Below are positions 16,781 to 23,867 of a DNA stretch of 42,182 nt, piece by piece. The notes beneath the pieces were generated by a model that saw nothing but the letters and a program-made list of their open reading frames with translations, had not been told where the DNA came from and did not search any database. The stretch's first letter is position 1, and every line of letters begins with the position of its first letter. Source of the stretch: a virus; IMG/VR virus record IMGVR_UViG_3300045988_148823, positions 1 to 42,182 of that record. One strand, given 5' to 3'. Position numbers and translations under genes: made by a program.

Positions 16781-16815
16781 CAAAGGATAAAATATTAAAA
16801 TAAGAGGGGATATAA

Positions 16816-17397
16816 TTGAATACAAAAGCTAAAAGAACAAGGAAAAAATGGACTAAAGAAGAAGATAATTTTCTAGTTGAGAATTGGGGAAAAATTAAAA
16901 TAGATAATTTATGTAAAAGACTAGGTAGAACTAAAAGGGCAGTAGAAGAAAGGGCTTATAACACTTTAAAGTTAGGGCATCAAACTCAATGGTATACTTT
17001 ATTAGAAATTCAGCATATAACTGGGATAAACAAAGATACTATAAGGAAAAGAATTGTTAAGACTAATTTTAAGTGTATGAGAGCAAGAACTAAGCAAAAG
17101 CCTTATATGTTAGATGAAGTTCAACTTAAAAAGTTTCTAAAACAAAATCAAGACTTATGGCATACAAAGAATTTAACTATAAATATTTTTAGCAATGAAA
17201 AATGGTATTTAGAAAAAGTTGAAACTGATAAATTTAAGACTAATAAATACAATAAAGCTTGGTCAGAGTATGAAGATAATATAATGCTTGATAGATTGAG
17301 TAGGGGCTTTACTTATGAAGATATAGCTAAGGAATTAAATAGAACTGTCGAAGGTGTCTTTGGAAGGCATAAATATAAATACAGACTGAAATTGTAG
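16816..17397 (+). CDS. Protein with two Myb/SANT-like DNA-binding repeats
   Basis: TTG start after agagggga. Repeat 1 is KWTKEEDNFLVENWGKIKIDNLCKRLGRTKRAVEERAY. Repeat 2 is AWSEYEDNIMLDRLSRGFTYEDIAKELNRTVEGVFGRHKY. Both fit the W-x-EED...L-GRT...R pattern. Confidence 0.55.
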   Translation: MNTKAKRTRKKWTKEEDNFLVENWGKIKIDNLCKRLGRTKRAVEERAYNTLKLGHQTQWYTLLEIQHITGINKDTIRKRIVKTNFKCMRARTKQKPYMLDEVQLKKFLKQNQDLWHTKNLTINIFSNEKWYLEKVETDKFKTNKYNKAWSEYEDNIMLDRLSRGFTYEDIAKELNRTVEGVFGRHKYKYRLKL

Positions 17398-17411
17398 GGG
17401 GATAACTGAAG

Positions 17412-17501
17412 ATGAAGATTATATTAGGGGTATTAATTTATATTGTTTTAGTAGCATTTTTCTATTCATTACTTACGATAGGGGGAAGATATGATGATTA
17501 G
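17412..17501 (+). CDS. Hydrophobic micro-peptide (29 aa)
   Basis: MKIILGVLIYIVLVAFFYSLLTIGGRYDD*. RBS gggggata upstream. Below the track cutoff. Confidence 0.35.
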   Translation: MKIILGVLIYIVLVAFFYSLLTIGGRYDD

Positions 17502-17661
17502 AATATTTGATGATAATAAACATATATGTGAATGTTGTGATAATGATAGTGCTATACTTATAGATTTTGCAGAAGATACGAAGCCAAACAACTTAGGGAA
17601 TAGAGTATATCTTTGTAATGAGCATAAAGAAAAGTTAATAGATTTATTATTGCCATTTTAA
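17491..17661 (+). CDS. Small zinc-ribbon-like protein (56 aa), paralog of 23697..23867
   Basis: MMIRIFDDNKHICECCDNDSAILIDFAEDTKPNNLGNRVYLCNEHKEKLIDLLLPF*. RBS gggggaag upstream. CxxC ... CxxH arrangement. Confidence 0.5.
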   Translation: MMIRIFDDNKHICECCDNDSAILIDFAEDTKPNNLGNRVYLCNEHKEKLIDLLLPF

Positions 17662-17700
17662 ATTTAAATAAAATCAAAATTTTAAAGGAAATAAAAGATA

Positions 17701-17799
17701 ATGAGTAAATATATGGTAATTGTATTTGTATTAATGATGTCGTTAATATTTGTATTATGCGTGGTTATCTTAGAATTACTATGGAAATTGAATAAATAA
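17701..17799 (+). CDS. Hydrophobic micro-peptide (32 aa)
   Basis: MSKYMVIVFVLMMSLIFVLCVVILELLWKLNK*. RBS aaaggaa lies 10 nt upstream. Confidence 0.4.
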   Translation: MSKYMVIVFVLMMSLIFVLCVVILELLWKLNK

Positions 17800-17840
17800 A
17801 AATCCAATTAAAATAAAACTTTTATCAAGGAAGTGATAGT

Positions 17841-18065
17841 GTGAAACTTACTGAATTTGGAAAATTCTTAAGAAAGTTGAGAATAGATAATGGAGAACTA
17901 CTTAAAGATATGGCTATAAAATTAAATGTAACTCCATCTTTTTTATCAATGGTAGAAACAGGAAGGAGAAGTATTCCTAAAAAGTGGGAGGAAGAAATAG
18001 AAAAGATTTATAGTTTAAGTTTAAAACAAAAAGAAGAATTAATAAGTATTTTAAATAGAAATTAG
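17841..18065 (+). CDS. XRE-family HTH protein (74 aa)
   Basis: GTG start after aaggaag. FGKFLRKLRIDNGELLKDMAIKLNVTPSFLSMVETGRR is a classic Cro/C1-type HTH. Confidence 0.8.
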   Translation: MKLTEFGKFLRKLRIDNGELLKDMAIKLNVTPSFLSMVETGRRSIPKKWEEEIEKIYSLSLKQKEELISILNRN

Positions 18066-18074
18066 GAGGAAGTT

Positions 18075-18338
18075 ATGGATATCAAAGATATAAAAATAGG
18101 TTGTATTGTTCAAGTATTTGACTATTGTAAACAAGATTTGGAAATGTATAAGGTTTTAAATATTTATGTTTCTGAAGATAATGAAATAGTGTTTAAGTGT
18201 AATAAAATGAAATTTAATGAAAAAAAAGAGTTAGTAATAACCTTAGTAACAACCAATGTTATAAGATTTATTGATGGTAAAGATGTTATGAGTATTTATA
18301 ATAAAATTAATCATGAAAATCCAGAGTCATTAAAATAA
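18075..18338 (+). CDS. Hypothetical protein
   Basis: 87 aa with RBS aggagga. Confidence 0.6.
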   Translation: MDIKDIKIGCIVQVFDYCKQDLEMYKVLNIYVSEDNEIVFKCNKMKFNEKKELVITLVTTNVIRFIDGKDVMSIYNKINHENPESLK

Positions 18339-18358
18339 AGTTTTTAATGGAATATTGC

Positions 18359-18395
18359 GAAGCTATGGAATTAATTTTCTATAGCTTTTTATTTT
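18359..18395 (+). terminator. Rho-independent terminator
   Basis: AAGCTAT (18360-66) pairs with ATAGCTT (18381-87), followed by a T-run. Confidence 0.6.
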
Positions 18396-18476
18396 TATAA
18401 ACTTATGTATCATTTTCATAACTTATACATATAATAAAGTAACAAAACGTTATATAAGATATGAGGGGGATTAATT

Positions 18477-18698
18477 ATGAAAATATATACTTTAGAAAAT
18501 AAAAATGAAATATTAGCTATATTAACTCACAAAGATAATATGAGTTATAGAGATTTTAGAAATATATGTTTAGAGGTTAATGAAGAAGCACAAAATGACT
18601 TTTACACTTTAAAGGATATATTAACTAGCGACTATGGTTTCCAAACTGTAGAAGCTTGTGGAGGATTTGAAGTGGCTAAAAAGAAAGGAAGCTTCTAA
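18477..18698 (+). CDS. Hypothetical protein
   Basis: 73 aa with RBS gaggggga. Confidence 0.6.
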   Translation: MKIYTLENKNEILAILTHKDNMSYRDFRNICLEVNEEAQNDFYTLKDILTSDYGFQTVEACGGFEVAKKKGSF

Positions 18699-18776
18699 TG
18701 GGTATTATTGCAGTTACTTATTTGGGATATATAGCTATTATAGTAGCTTTAATATGAAGAAATAGGAGGGCTTTAA

Positions 18777-18896
18777 ATGGATTGGTCAAAACAATGTTAT
18801 CAATGTAACAAATTTACAATAATTGAAGAATATGAAGATAGATGGATATGTAAATGCGATATATGTGGAGAAATATTTACAAAATGGAAAAGATAA
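18777..18896 (+). CDS. Small zinc-ribbon protein (39 aa)
   Basis: MDWSKQCYQCNKFTIIEEYEDRWICKCDICGEIFTKWKR*. RBS aggaggg upstream. CxxC ... CxC-x2-C arrangement. Confidence 0.45.
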   Translation: MDWSKQCYQCNKFTIIEEYEDRWICKCDICGEIFTKWKR

Positions 18897-19017
18897 AAAA
18901 TAAAGGTGGGGACAATTCCTCACCTACTACTATTACTACTAATATTTTTATCATTTTTATATAAATTCTTTATAATATATTTTTCTTATATTGTAGCAGA
19001 TTTCAAGGGGGCTAGCT

Positions 19018-20184
19018 ATGATAATAAATTTAGGTAAATATTCTTTTTTAAATAATGCAAAAGAAAAAATTATTAATTTAATTTGTGATAAATTTAATAT
19101 AGCAGACTATCCAAATCTGCATAGTTTTATAGATGTTAAGCAGTTAGATGTTATAAATGTATATGATAATGAAGTTTTGTATAAGTTTAAATTAAGACTT
19201 AAAAGACATGGAGAAGTTACAATAAATAATTTAGAAGATTATAGAGAAGTAATTGAAAATATAGTTGAAAGATCTATAAATTTTAAGATAGTTGATTATA
19301 AAAATATATATGTAGAAGTTTTGTATTCAGATCAAGAAAAAGATCAAGAAAATATAGGAATCAGTAACACAATTAAATATGAATATATGCCTACAGAAAC
19401 TTTTGATAAGTATAAAGTTGATAATACTATAAAGTATCAATTCAAAGAAGGAGAAAAGGAAGGGCTTAGCTTTTATTTAGGTAAAGATTTAGAAGGTAAT
19501 GACTTCAAGATAGATATATTAGATGGTAGCTTATTAATAGGTGGCATGACTGGGGCAGGGAAATCTAATATTGTAAATGTATTGATTGCAAGCTTAATGC
19601 TTACTTATACTGAAAAAGAATTAGTTTTCTTAGGTTGTGATATGGCTGAATCTGATGTGTATTATTTCAGAAATCATAAACATTTTAGAGGAATGTCTAC
19701 TACTTGTGGTAAGTTTTTAGAACAAGTTGAATGGTTAGAAAAGAAGTTTAAAGAAAGAGCAAAAATATTAAATGATGCAGGGTGCAGAAATGTAGTAAGT
19801 TATAATCAAAAGCATGATACAAAAATGAGTTACTTTGTATTTGTAATAGATGAAGTTGTATTATTGACTAGAAATAGTAAATGTAAAGATAAGCTTCACG
19901 ATATAATGTGTGTAGGAAGAAAGTATGGATGTTATTTTATATTATGCTTACAAGATGCTACAAAAGACACTATAGGTAAATGCAAAATGAATTGCCCACA
20001 AGTTATAGGACTTAGAACTAATGATGAAACTGATAGCAATACTATTATAGGCAAGGGGCATAATTTACAAGATATAAAAGACGTAGGAAGATGTAAAGTT
20101 AAAAATAAAAATGGAGTTACAGAAGTTCAAAGTTATTTTATAGAAGAAGATTTAATAGATAAATTATTAAAAGGCTGTAAATAG
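19018..20184 (+). CDS. FtsK/SpoIIIE-family P-loop ATPase, with no TM segments and no gamma domain
   Basis: Walker A LLIGGMTGAGKSNIVN, Walker B YFVFVIDEVVLL, and GRKYGCYFILCLQDATKDTIGKCKMNCPQVIGLRTNDETDSNTIIG match the FtsK motor core. The roughly 170-aa N-terminal region is unrecognised. Confidence 0.8.
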   Translation: MIINLGKYSFLNNAKEKIINLICDKFNIADYPNLHSFIDVKQLDVINVYDNEVLYKFKLRLKRHGEVTINNLEDYREVIENIVERSINFKIVDYKNIYVEVLYSDQEKDQENIGISNTIKYEYMPTETFDKYKVDNTIKYQFKEGEKEGLSFYLGKDLEGNDFKIDILDGSLLIGGMTGAGKSNIVNVLIASLMLTYTEKELVFLGCDMAESDVYYFRNHKHFRGMSTTCGKFLEQVEWLEKKFKERAKILNDAGCRNVVSYNQKHDTKMSYFVFVIDEVVLLTRNSKCKDKLHDIMCVGRKYGCYFILCLQDATKDTIGKCKMNCPQVIGLRTNDETDSNTIIGKGHNLQDIKDVGRCKVKNKNGVTEVQSYFIEEDLIDKLLKGCK

Positions 20185-20195
20185 GAGGACTCAAA

Positions 20196-20591
20196 ATGGT
20201 TTCATATTGCTATAGGTTTAAAGATATTAATAATAACGTAATTTATGTTGGTAAAACTGTAGATATAAACAAAAGAATGGCACAACATTTCGGAGGTAAG
20301 GGACACCTTGATAAAGATTGTTATAAATCTGTAGCAGTAATAGAGTATCAAAAGTATAAGACCGAAAGTGATGCTTTAATTTATGAAACTTATTATATAA
20401 CAAAATATTCTCCTAAGTATAATAAATTAGGTCAATCAAGAGATAAACCAACGGTCCAGTTAGAAGAAAAGGAATGGAAAACTTATCAAGTGCTTAAAAA
20501 GCAAGTTGAAAAAGGTGAAGCAAATTGGGGTTGTTTAACTTATATATTAATAATTGCTTTAATATATGCAATATTTCAGTTGATAGCTTAG
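20196..20591 (+). CDS. GIY-YIG nuclease domain protein with C-terminal transmembrane anchor
   Basis: YCYRFKDINNNVIYVGKTVDINKRMAQHF and ALIYETYYITKYSPKYNK fit GIY-YIG. The C-terminus WGCLTYILIIALIYAIFQLIA is a hydrophobic helix. Starts 11 nt after the FtsK-like gene, with RBS aggagga. Confidence 0.7.
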   Translation: MVSYCYRFKDINNNVIYVGKTVDINKRMAQHFGGKGHLDKDCYKSVAVIEYQKYKTESDALIYETYYITKYSPKYNKLGQSRDKPTVQLEEKEWKTYQVLKKQVEKGEANWGCLTYILIIALIYAIFQLIA

Positions 20592-20601
20592 AGGTGTAAA
20601 C

Positions 20602-20772
20602 ATGAATGATAAAATTAATATGGCTATAAAAGAAAGTGGATTAAAAAAGAAGTGGATAGCTGAACAATTAGACATAACTTATAATAGCCTAAGGAGAAAA
20701 TTGAAGGGCGAAATTGATTTTAACAAGTTGGAATTAGAAAAGCTTAACTCTATATTAGAAAAATATCTATAA
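20602..20772 (+). CDS. Small HTH protein (56 aa)
   Basis: MNDKINMAIKESGLKKKWIAEQLDITYNSLRRKLKGEIDFNKLELEKLNSILEKYL*. RBS gaggtg upstream. Below the track cutoff. Confidence 0.55.
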   Translation: MNDKINMAIKESGLKKKWIAEQLDITYNSLRRKLKGEIDFNKLELEKLNSILEKYL

Positions 20773-20908
20773 ATGTGTTATAATTATATTACCATATGTA
20801 GTATTAAAATAAATTTAAATGGGGTATAACACTTTTACCTTGAAATTTTGTAAAATTTTATTGACTTGAAAATGTACTTCCTGAATTGGAGGTATATTTT
20901 TTTATTCA

Positions 20909-20941
20909 TTAGTTGCATAAATGCGACCGAAGTTGTATATT
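20909..20941 (+). promoter_or_regulatory. Promoter P1 with palindromic operator overlapping the -35
   Basis: -35 TTGCAT (20913-18), 17-nt spacer, TG-extended -10 TATATT (20936-41). Operator GTTGCAtaaaTGCgAC at 20912-27. Confidence 0.6.
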
Positions 20942-20974
20942 ATAAATATAAGTTTTTTAAAAGGAGATTTTGAG

Positions 20975-21163
20975 ATGATAGGTAGCAAGATAAAAGAAAT
21001 AAGAGAAGCTAAAGGCATAAGCCAATATAGATTAGCACAAATTACTGGAATAAATAGAAGTACTATAAAAAGATATGAAGAAAATTATATAAGAAAGATA
21101 AATTTTGATAATTTAATTAAGATATGTGAAGCTTTAAATACAGATATAAAAGAATTGCTATAA
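20975..21163 (+). CDS. XRE-family HTH protein (62 aa), Cro-like
   Basis: ATG at 20975 follows aaggag; the track start at 20921 lies in the promoter. IGSKIKEIREAKGISQYRLAQITGINRSTIKRYE is a typical HTH_3 segment. Confidence 0.8.
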   Translation: MIGSKIKEIREAKGISQYRLAQITGINRSTIKRYEENYIRKINFDNLIKICEALNTDIKELL

Positions 21164-21184
21164 AAAATAATTTTTTTTAATAAA

Positions 21185-21218
21185 TTAGTTGCATAAATGC
21201 AACGAAATAGGATATAAT
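21185..21218 (+). promoter_or_regulatory. Promoter P2 with a perfect copy of the same operator
   Basis: ttagttgcataaatgc is shared with P1. -35 TTGCAT (21189-94), 18-nt spacer, TATAAT (21213-18). Perfect palindrome GTTGCAtaaaTGCAAC at 21188-21203. Confidence 0.6.
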
Positions 21219-21268
21219 ATAAATATAGAAACAAGGGAAAGAGAAAATAAAATTTGGAGGTATTGGAA

Positions 21269-21520
21269 ATGAAAATAAAAATAGATGAAAGATTCAAAGA
21301 AGAAGTATATAACGAGTTACAAGAGAAAAGAAGAGAAGTTGATAAAATGAAAAATAAATTCATAGAAGGAAAATGCAGTGATTATGCACTTAGTGGAAAA
21401 ATTGATTTCTATGAAAAAGAAATTAGTTATCTAGAAGGTAGATTAACTACTTTAGAACTTATAGAAAGTGGATGTTTTTACACAATAGTAAATAATGAAG
21501 GGGTTGAAGCTTATGTATAA
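21269..21520 (+). CDS. Hypothetical protein
   Basis: ATG at 21269 follows ggaggt; the track's TTG at 21254 is less likely. 83 aa. Confidence 0.6.
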   Translation: MKIKIDERFKEEVYNELQEKRREVDKMKNKFIEGKCSDYALSGKIDFYEKEISYLEGRLTTLELIESGCFYTIVNNEGVEAYV

Positions 21521-21653
21521 GTTTGATAGTGAAGCTTTTATAAAAGAAATGGAAAGGCTTGAGGGAGTAGAGGAAACTCCCCTAGACTATGAAGATTTTG
21601 AATTAGAGGAATATGAGAAAATGAATGAAAGAGATTTAAAAGGAGGTATGTAA
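21513..21653 (+). CDS. Small acidic hypothetical protein (46 aa)
   Basis: MYKFDSEAFIKEMERLEGVEETPLDYEDFELEEYEKMNERDLKGGM*. Overlaps the upstream stop. Confidence 0.4.
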   Translation: MYKFDSEAFIKEMERLEGVEETPLDYEDFELEEYEKMNERDLKGGM

Positions 21654-21654
21654 T

Positions 21655-21801
21655 ATGTGTGAAGGGTATTGGGAAACTTGCAAGTGTGAAGATTGTAAAA
21701 AGGTTAAAGAATTGTTTTCAGATATAAGCTTTTACTGGGATAATGAAGAGGAAATAAAAGAGATAGAAAGAACAATAGAAAGTATGGGCTATTCAATATA
21801 A
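21655..21801 (+). CDS. Small Cys-containing hypothetical protein (48 aa)
   Basis: MCEGYWETCKCEDCKKVKELFSDISFYWDNEEEIKEIERTIESMGYSI*. RBS aggaggt upstream. Confidence 0.45.
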   Translation: MCEGYWETCKCEDCKKVKELFSDISFYWDNEEEIKEIERTIESMGYSI

Positions 21802-21876
21802 AACAAATGGGGCTAGGTTGGGGACACTCAATACTAGCCCATAAGAGGTGAAAAGACATTTAAAGGAGGGGATAAA

Positions 21877-22098
21877 ATGGAGGAATTAGAATTTATAAAA
21901 AACGAAAGGCTAAAGCTTCAAGAAGAATACTTAAAACAAAGTAAAAACATATGGACTAATTTTGAAGGTGTAGAAGCTGATAAGAAGCACAAGAAAGTTT
22001 ATAACGAATATAGAAACAAGGATTACTTTTTAGAGGGCTTACAGGTTAAAATAGAGGATATTTTAAAGGATTTAGAATATTACAAGAAGAATAAATAA
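21877..22098 (+). CDS. Hypothetical coiled-coil protein
   Basis: 73 aa with RBS aggagggg. Confidence 0.6.
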   Translation: MEELEFIKNERLKLQEEYLKQSKNIWTNFEGVEADKKHKKVYNEYRNKDYFLEGLQVKIEDILKDLEYYKKNK

Positions 22099-22114
22099 GA
22101 GGGAGTACAATAAA

Positions 22115-22219
22115 ATGAGTATAGTTATATTACAAGAGTTTATAAAGGAATTTGGAGTAAAAGCAGATAAAAGATTTTTTCATTTAAAACAATATAAAAA
22201 AATAAAGGAAGGTAAATAG
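22115..22219 (+). CDS. Micro-ORF (34 aa), hypothetical
   Basis: MSIVILQEFIKEFGVKADKRFFHLKQYKKIKEGK*. RBS agagggag upstream. Confidence 0.35.
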   Translation: MSIVILQEFIKEFGVKADKRFFHLKQYKKIKEGK

Positions 22220-22221
22220 GA

Positions 22222-22908
22222 ATGGAGATAAGATTATTAAAAGCTAATGAAATAGAGTGCAGAATAGGGACTTTTAAAGAAGGTAAGGGAATTAGCTTAT
22301 TACTTTACAAAGATGCTAGGGTTGACATGAGAATACTTGATGAAGTATTTGGGTTTGACGGTTGGGAAAGAGAACATCAGCTTATAGACGGTAAATTATT
22401 TTGTACAGTAAAAGTGTGGAGTGAAAAAAGGAATTGCTGGATAAGTAAGCAAGATGTAGGAACTGAAAGTAATACAGAAAAAGAAAAAGGGCAAGTATCA
22501 GACAGTTTTAAAAGAGCGTGTTTCAACTTGGGAATAGGTAGAGAATTATATACTTCACCTTTTATATGGATCCCAGCTTCAATGGGGTATAGTAAATATG
22601 AAAAATTTGAAGTTAAAGAAATAGGCTATAATGATGATAGAGAAATAAATATGCTAGTTATAGTTGATAGTAAAGGTAAAGAATGTTTTAGATTTGGAGA
22701 TAAAATCAAATCAACGAGAAGCGAAGTTACAGAAGCTATGGTAAAAGCACTTTATAAAATAGCTAACGATAAAGGCTATAGTGATGATATAGTTGAGAAA
22801 GCTTCTAAAAGAGATTATGGAGATAATGTAATAGATATATCAATGAAAAATTATATGACTTTAAAAGCTAAGTTGGAAGGGCTTGAAGCTAAAAAAGTAG
22901 GGGCTTAA
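22222..22908 (+). CDS. Rad52/Sak-type single-strand annealing protein
   Basis: DARVDMRILDEVFGFDGWEREH...KQDVGTESNTEKEKGQVSDSFKRACFNLGIGRELY matches the Rad52_22 signature (..LdevFG..gW.. and ..SDa.KRA...fGIGr.LY). Confidence 0.8.
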   Translation: MEIRLLKANEIECRIGTFKEGKGISLLLYKDARVDMRILDEVFGFDGWEREHQLIDGKLFCTVKVWSEKRNCWISKQDVGTESNTEKEKGQVSDSFKRACFNLGIGRELYTSPFIWIPASMGYSKYEKFEVKEIGYNDDREINMLVIVDSKGKECFRFGDKIKSTRSEVTEAMVKALYKIANDKGYSDDIVEKASKRDYGDNVIDISMKNYMTLKAKLEGLEAKKVGA

Positions 22909-22939
22909 TTGCCCTTATTTTTCAGTATAGGGGGAAGGT

Positions 22940-23038
22940 ATGAATTTATTTAATGATTTAATTTTGATGATAGCAGGATTTGATTTATTTGTGATGTATT
23001 TAATATATAAAGCTATAAGCTTTTACAGAAATAATTAA
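22940..23038 (+). CDS. Hydrophobic micro-peptide (32 aa)
   Basis: MNLFNDLILMIAGFDLFVMYLIYKAISFYRNN*. RBS ggggaagg upstream. Confidence 0.35.
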   Translation: MNLFNDLILMIAGFDLFVMYLIYKAISFYRNN

Positions 23039-23049
23039 GGGGGCATAAA

Positions 23050-23664
23050 ATGGGGGAAAAAAAAGGAATTGATATAAAACGCTGCAAATACAAGGTTGTA
23101 GTTGATAGCAGGGAGAAAGTTAATAAGCATATATTAAATAGCTTTGAAAAGGGCTTTGAGTATAAAGTATCTCACCACGATATGTATAGAGGGAAGAAAT
23201 CTAAAATAGGTGATCCAATAGAATATTACATTCAAGAAAAAGGTTTAAAAGTTGGAGATTATACTATTGCAGTACAGTTGCCAAACAAAGAAGTTATTAA
23301 TTTTAAAGATAAAGTAGTCATAGAACGTAAAACAGATTTAAATGAGTTGTGTTGTAATCTATTTGATAAGAAAGACGAAGAAGGGAAAACAAGATTAGAA
23401 AGAGAATTAGAACGAGCAAAAGAACAAGGAATAAAAGTTTATTTAGTAATTGAAACTACTGATATGCACAGTAAAATATTATCTAGTAAACATTTTAGAT
23501 ACGACAAAGCTTCTAAAGTATCTCCTGCTTCATTTAATGCTATTCTAATGGCTTTGTGTAGCAGATACAATATAAATGTATGGTATACAGATAAAGCTAA
23601 TTCAGGCAGATTGATACATGATTTATTATATTATGAAGCTAGAGAATATTTAAAAAATATTTAG
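23050..23664 (+). CDS. ERCC4/XPF-type (PD-(D/E)xK) nuclease, putative recombination or resolution nuclease
   Basis: VVVDSREK ... LKVGDYTIAV ... VVIERKTDLNEL fits the ERCC4 pattern D..E / GD(Y/F) / ERK..D. Lies next to the annealase. Confidence 0.6.
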   Translation: MGEKKGIDIKRCKYKVVVDSREKVNKHILNSFEKGFEYKVSHHDMYRGKKSKIGDPIEYYIQEKGLKVGDYTIAVQLPNKEVINFKDKVVIERKTDLNELCCNLFDKKDEEGKTRLERELERAKEQGIKVYLVIETTDMHSKILSSKHFRYDKASKVSPASFNAILMALCSRYNINVWYTDKANSGRLIHDLLYYEAREYLKNI

Positions 23665-23696
23665 TTAAAATCAAAATTTTAAAGGAAGTGATATGT

Positions 23697-23867
23697 TTGA
23701 AGGCGTATAGAGTAGAATCTAAAAATATTAATAAGTGTAATGATTGTGGAAAAGATATAGATAAATTTAATATCTTTTATAAGTTTGTAATTGAACAAAG
23801 TGAAATTAAATTTTATTTATGCAAAGAATGTAAAAATAAACTTAAAAATATATTGAAAGCAGAATAA
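23697..23867 (+). CDS. Small zinc-ribbon-like protein (56 aa), paralog of 17491..17661
   Basis: TTG start 9 nt after aaggaag. (M)KAYRVESKNINKCNDCGKDIDKFNIFYKFVIEQSEIKFYLCKECKNKLKNILKAE*. Same CxxC...LCxEx architecture as its paralog. Confidence 0.45.
   Translation: MKAYRVESKNINKCNDCGKDIDKFNIFYKFVIEQSEIKFYLCKECKNKLKNILKAE

Noticed and set aside
21810-21840. GC-rich hairpin GGGCTAG...CTAGCCC after the 21655 gene as a terminator
   Set aside because: The 7-bp stem is clear, but it is followed by ataagagg rather than a T-run and sits 35 nt before the next RBS. It was not called a terminator and may be an RNA stability or processing element.
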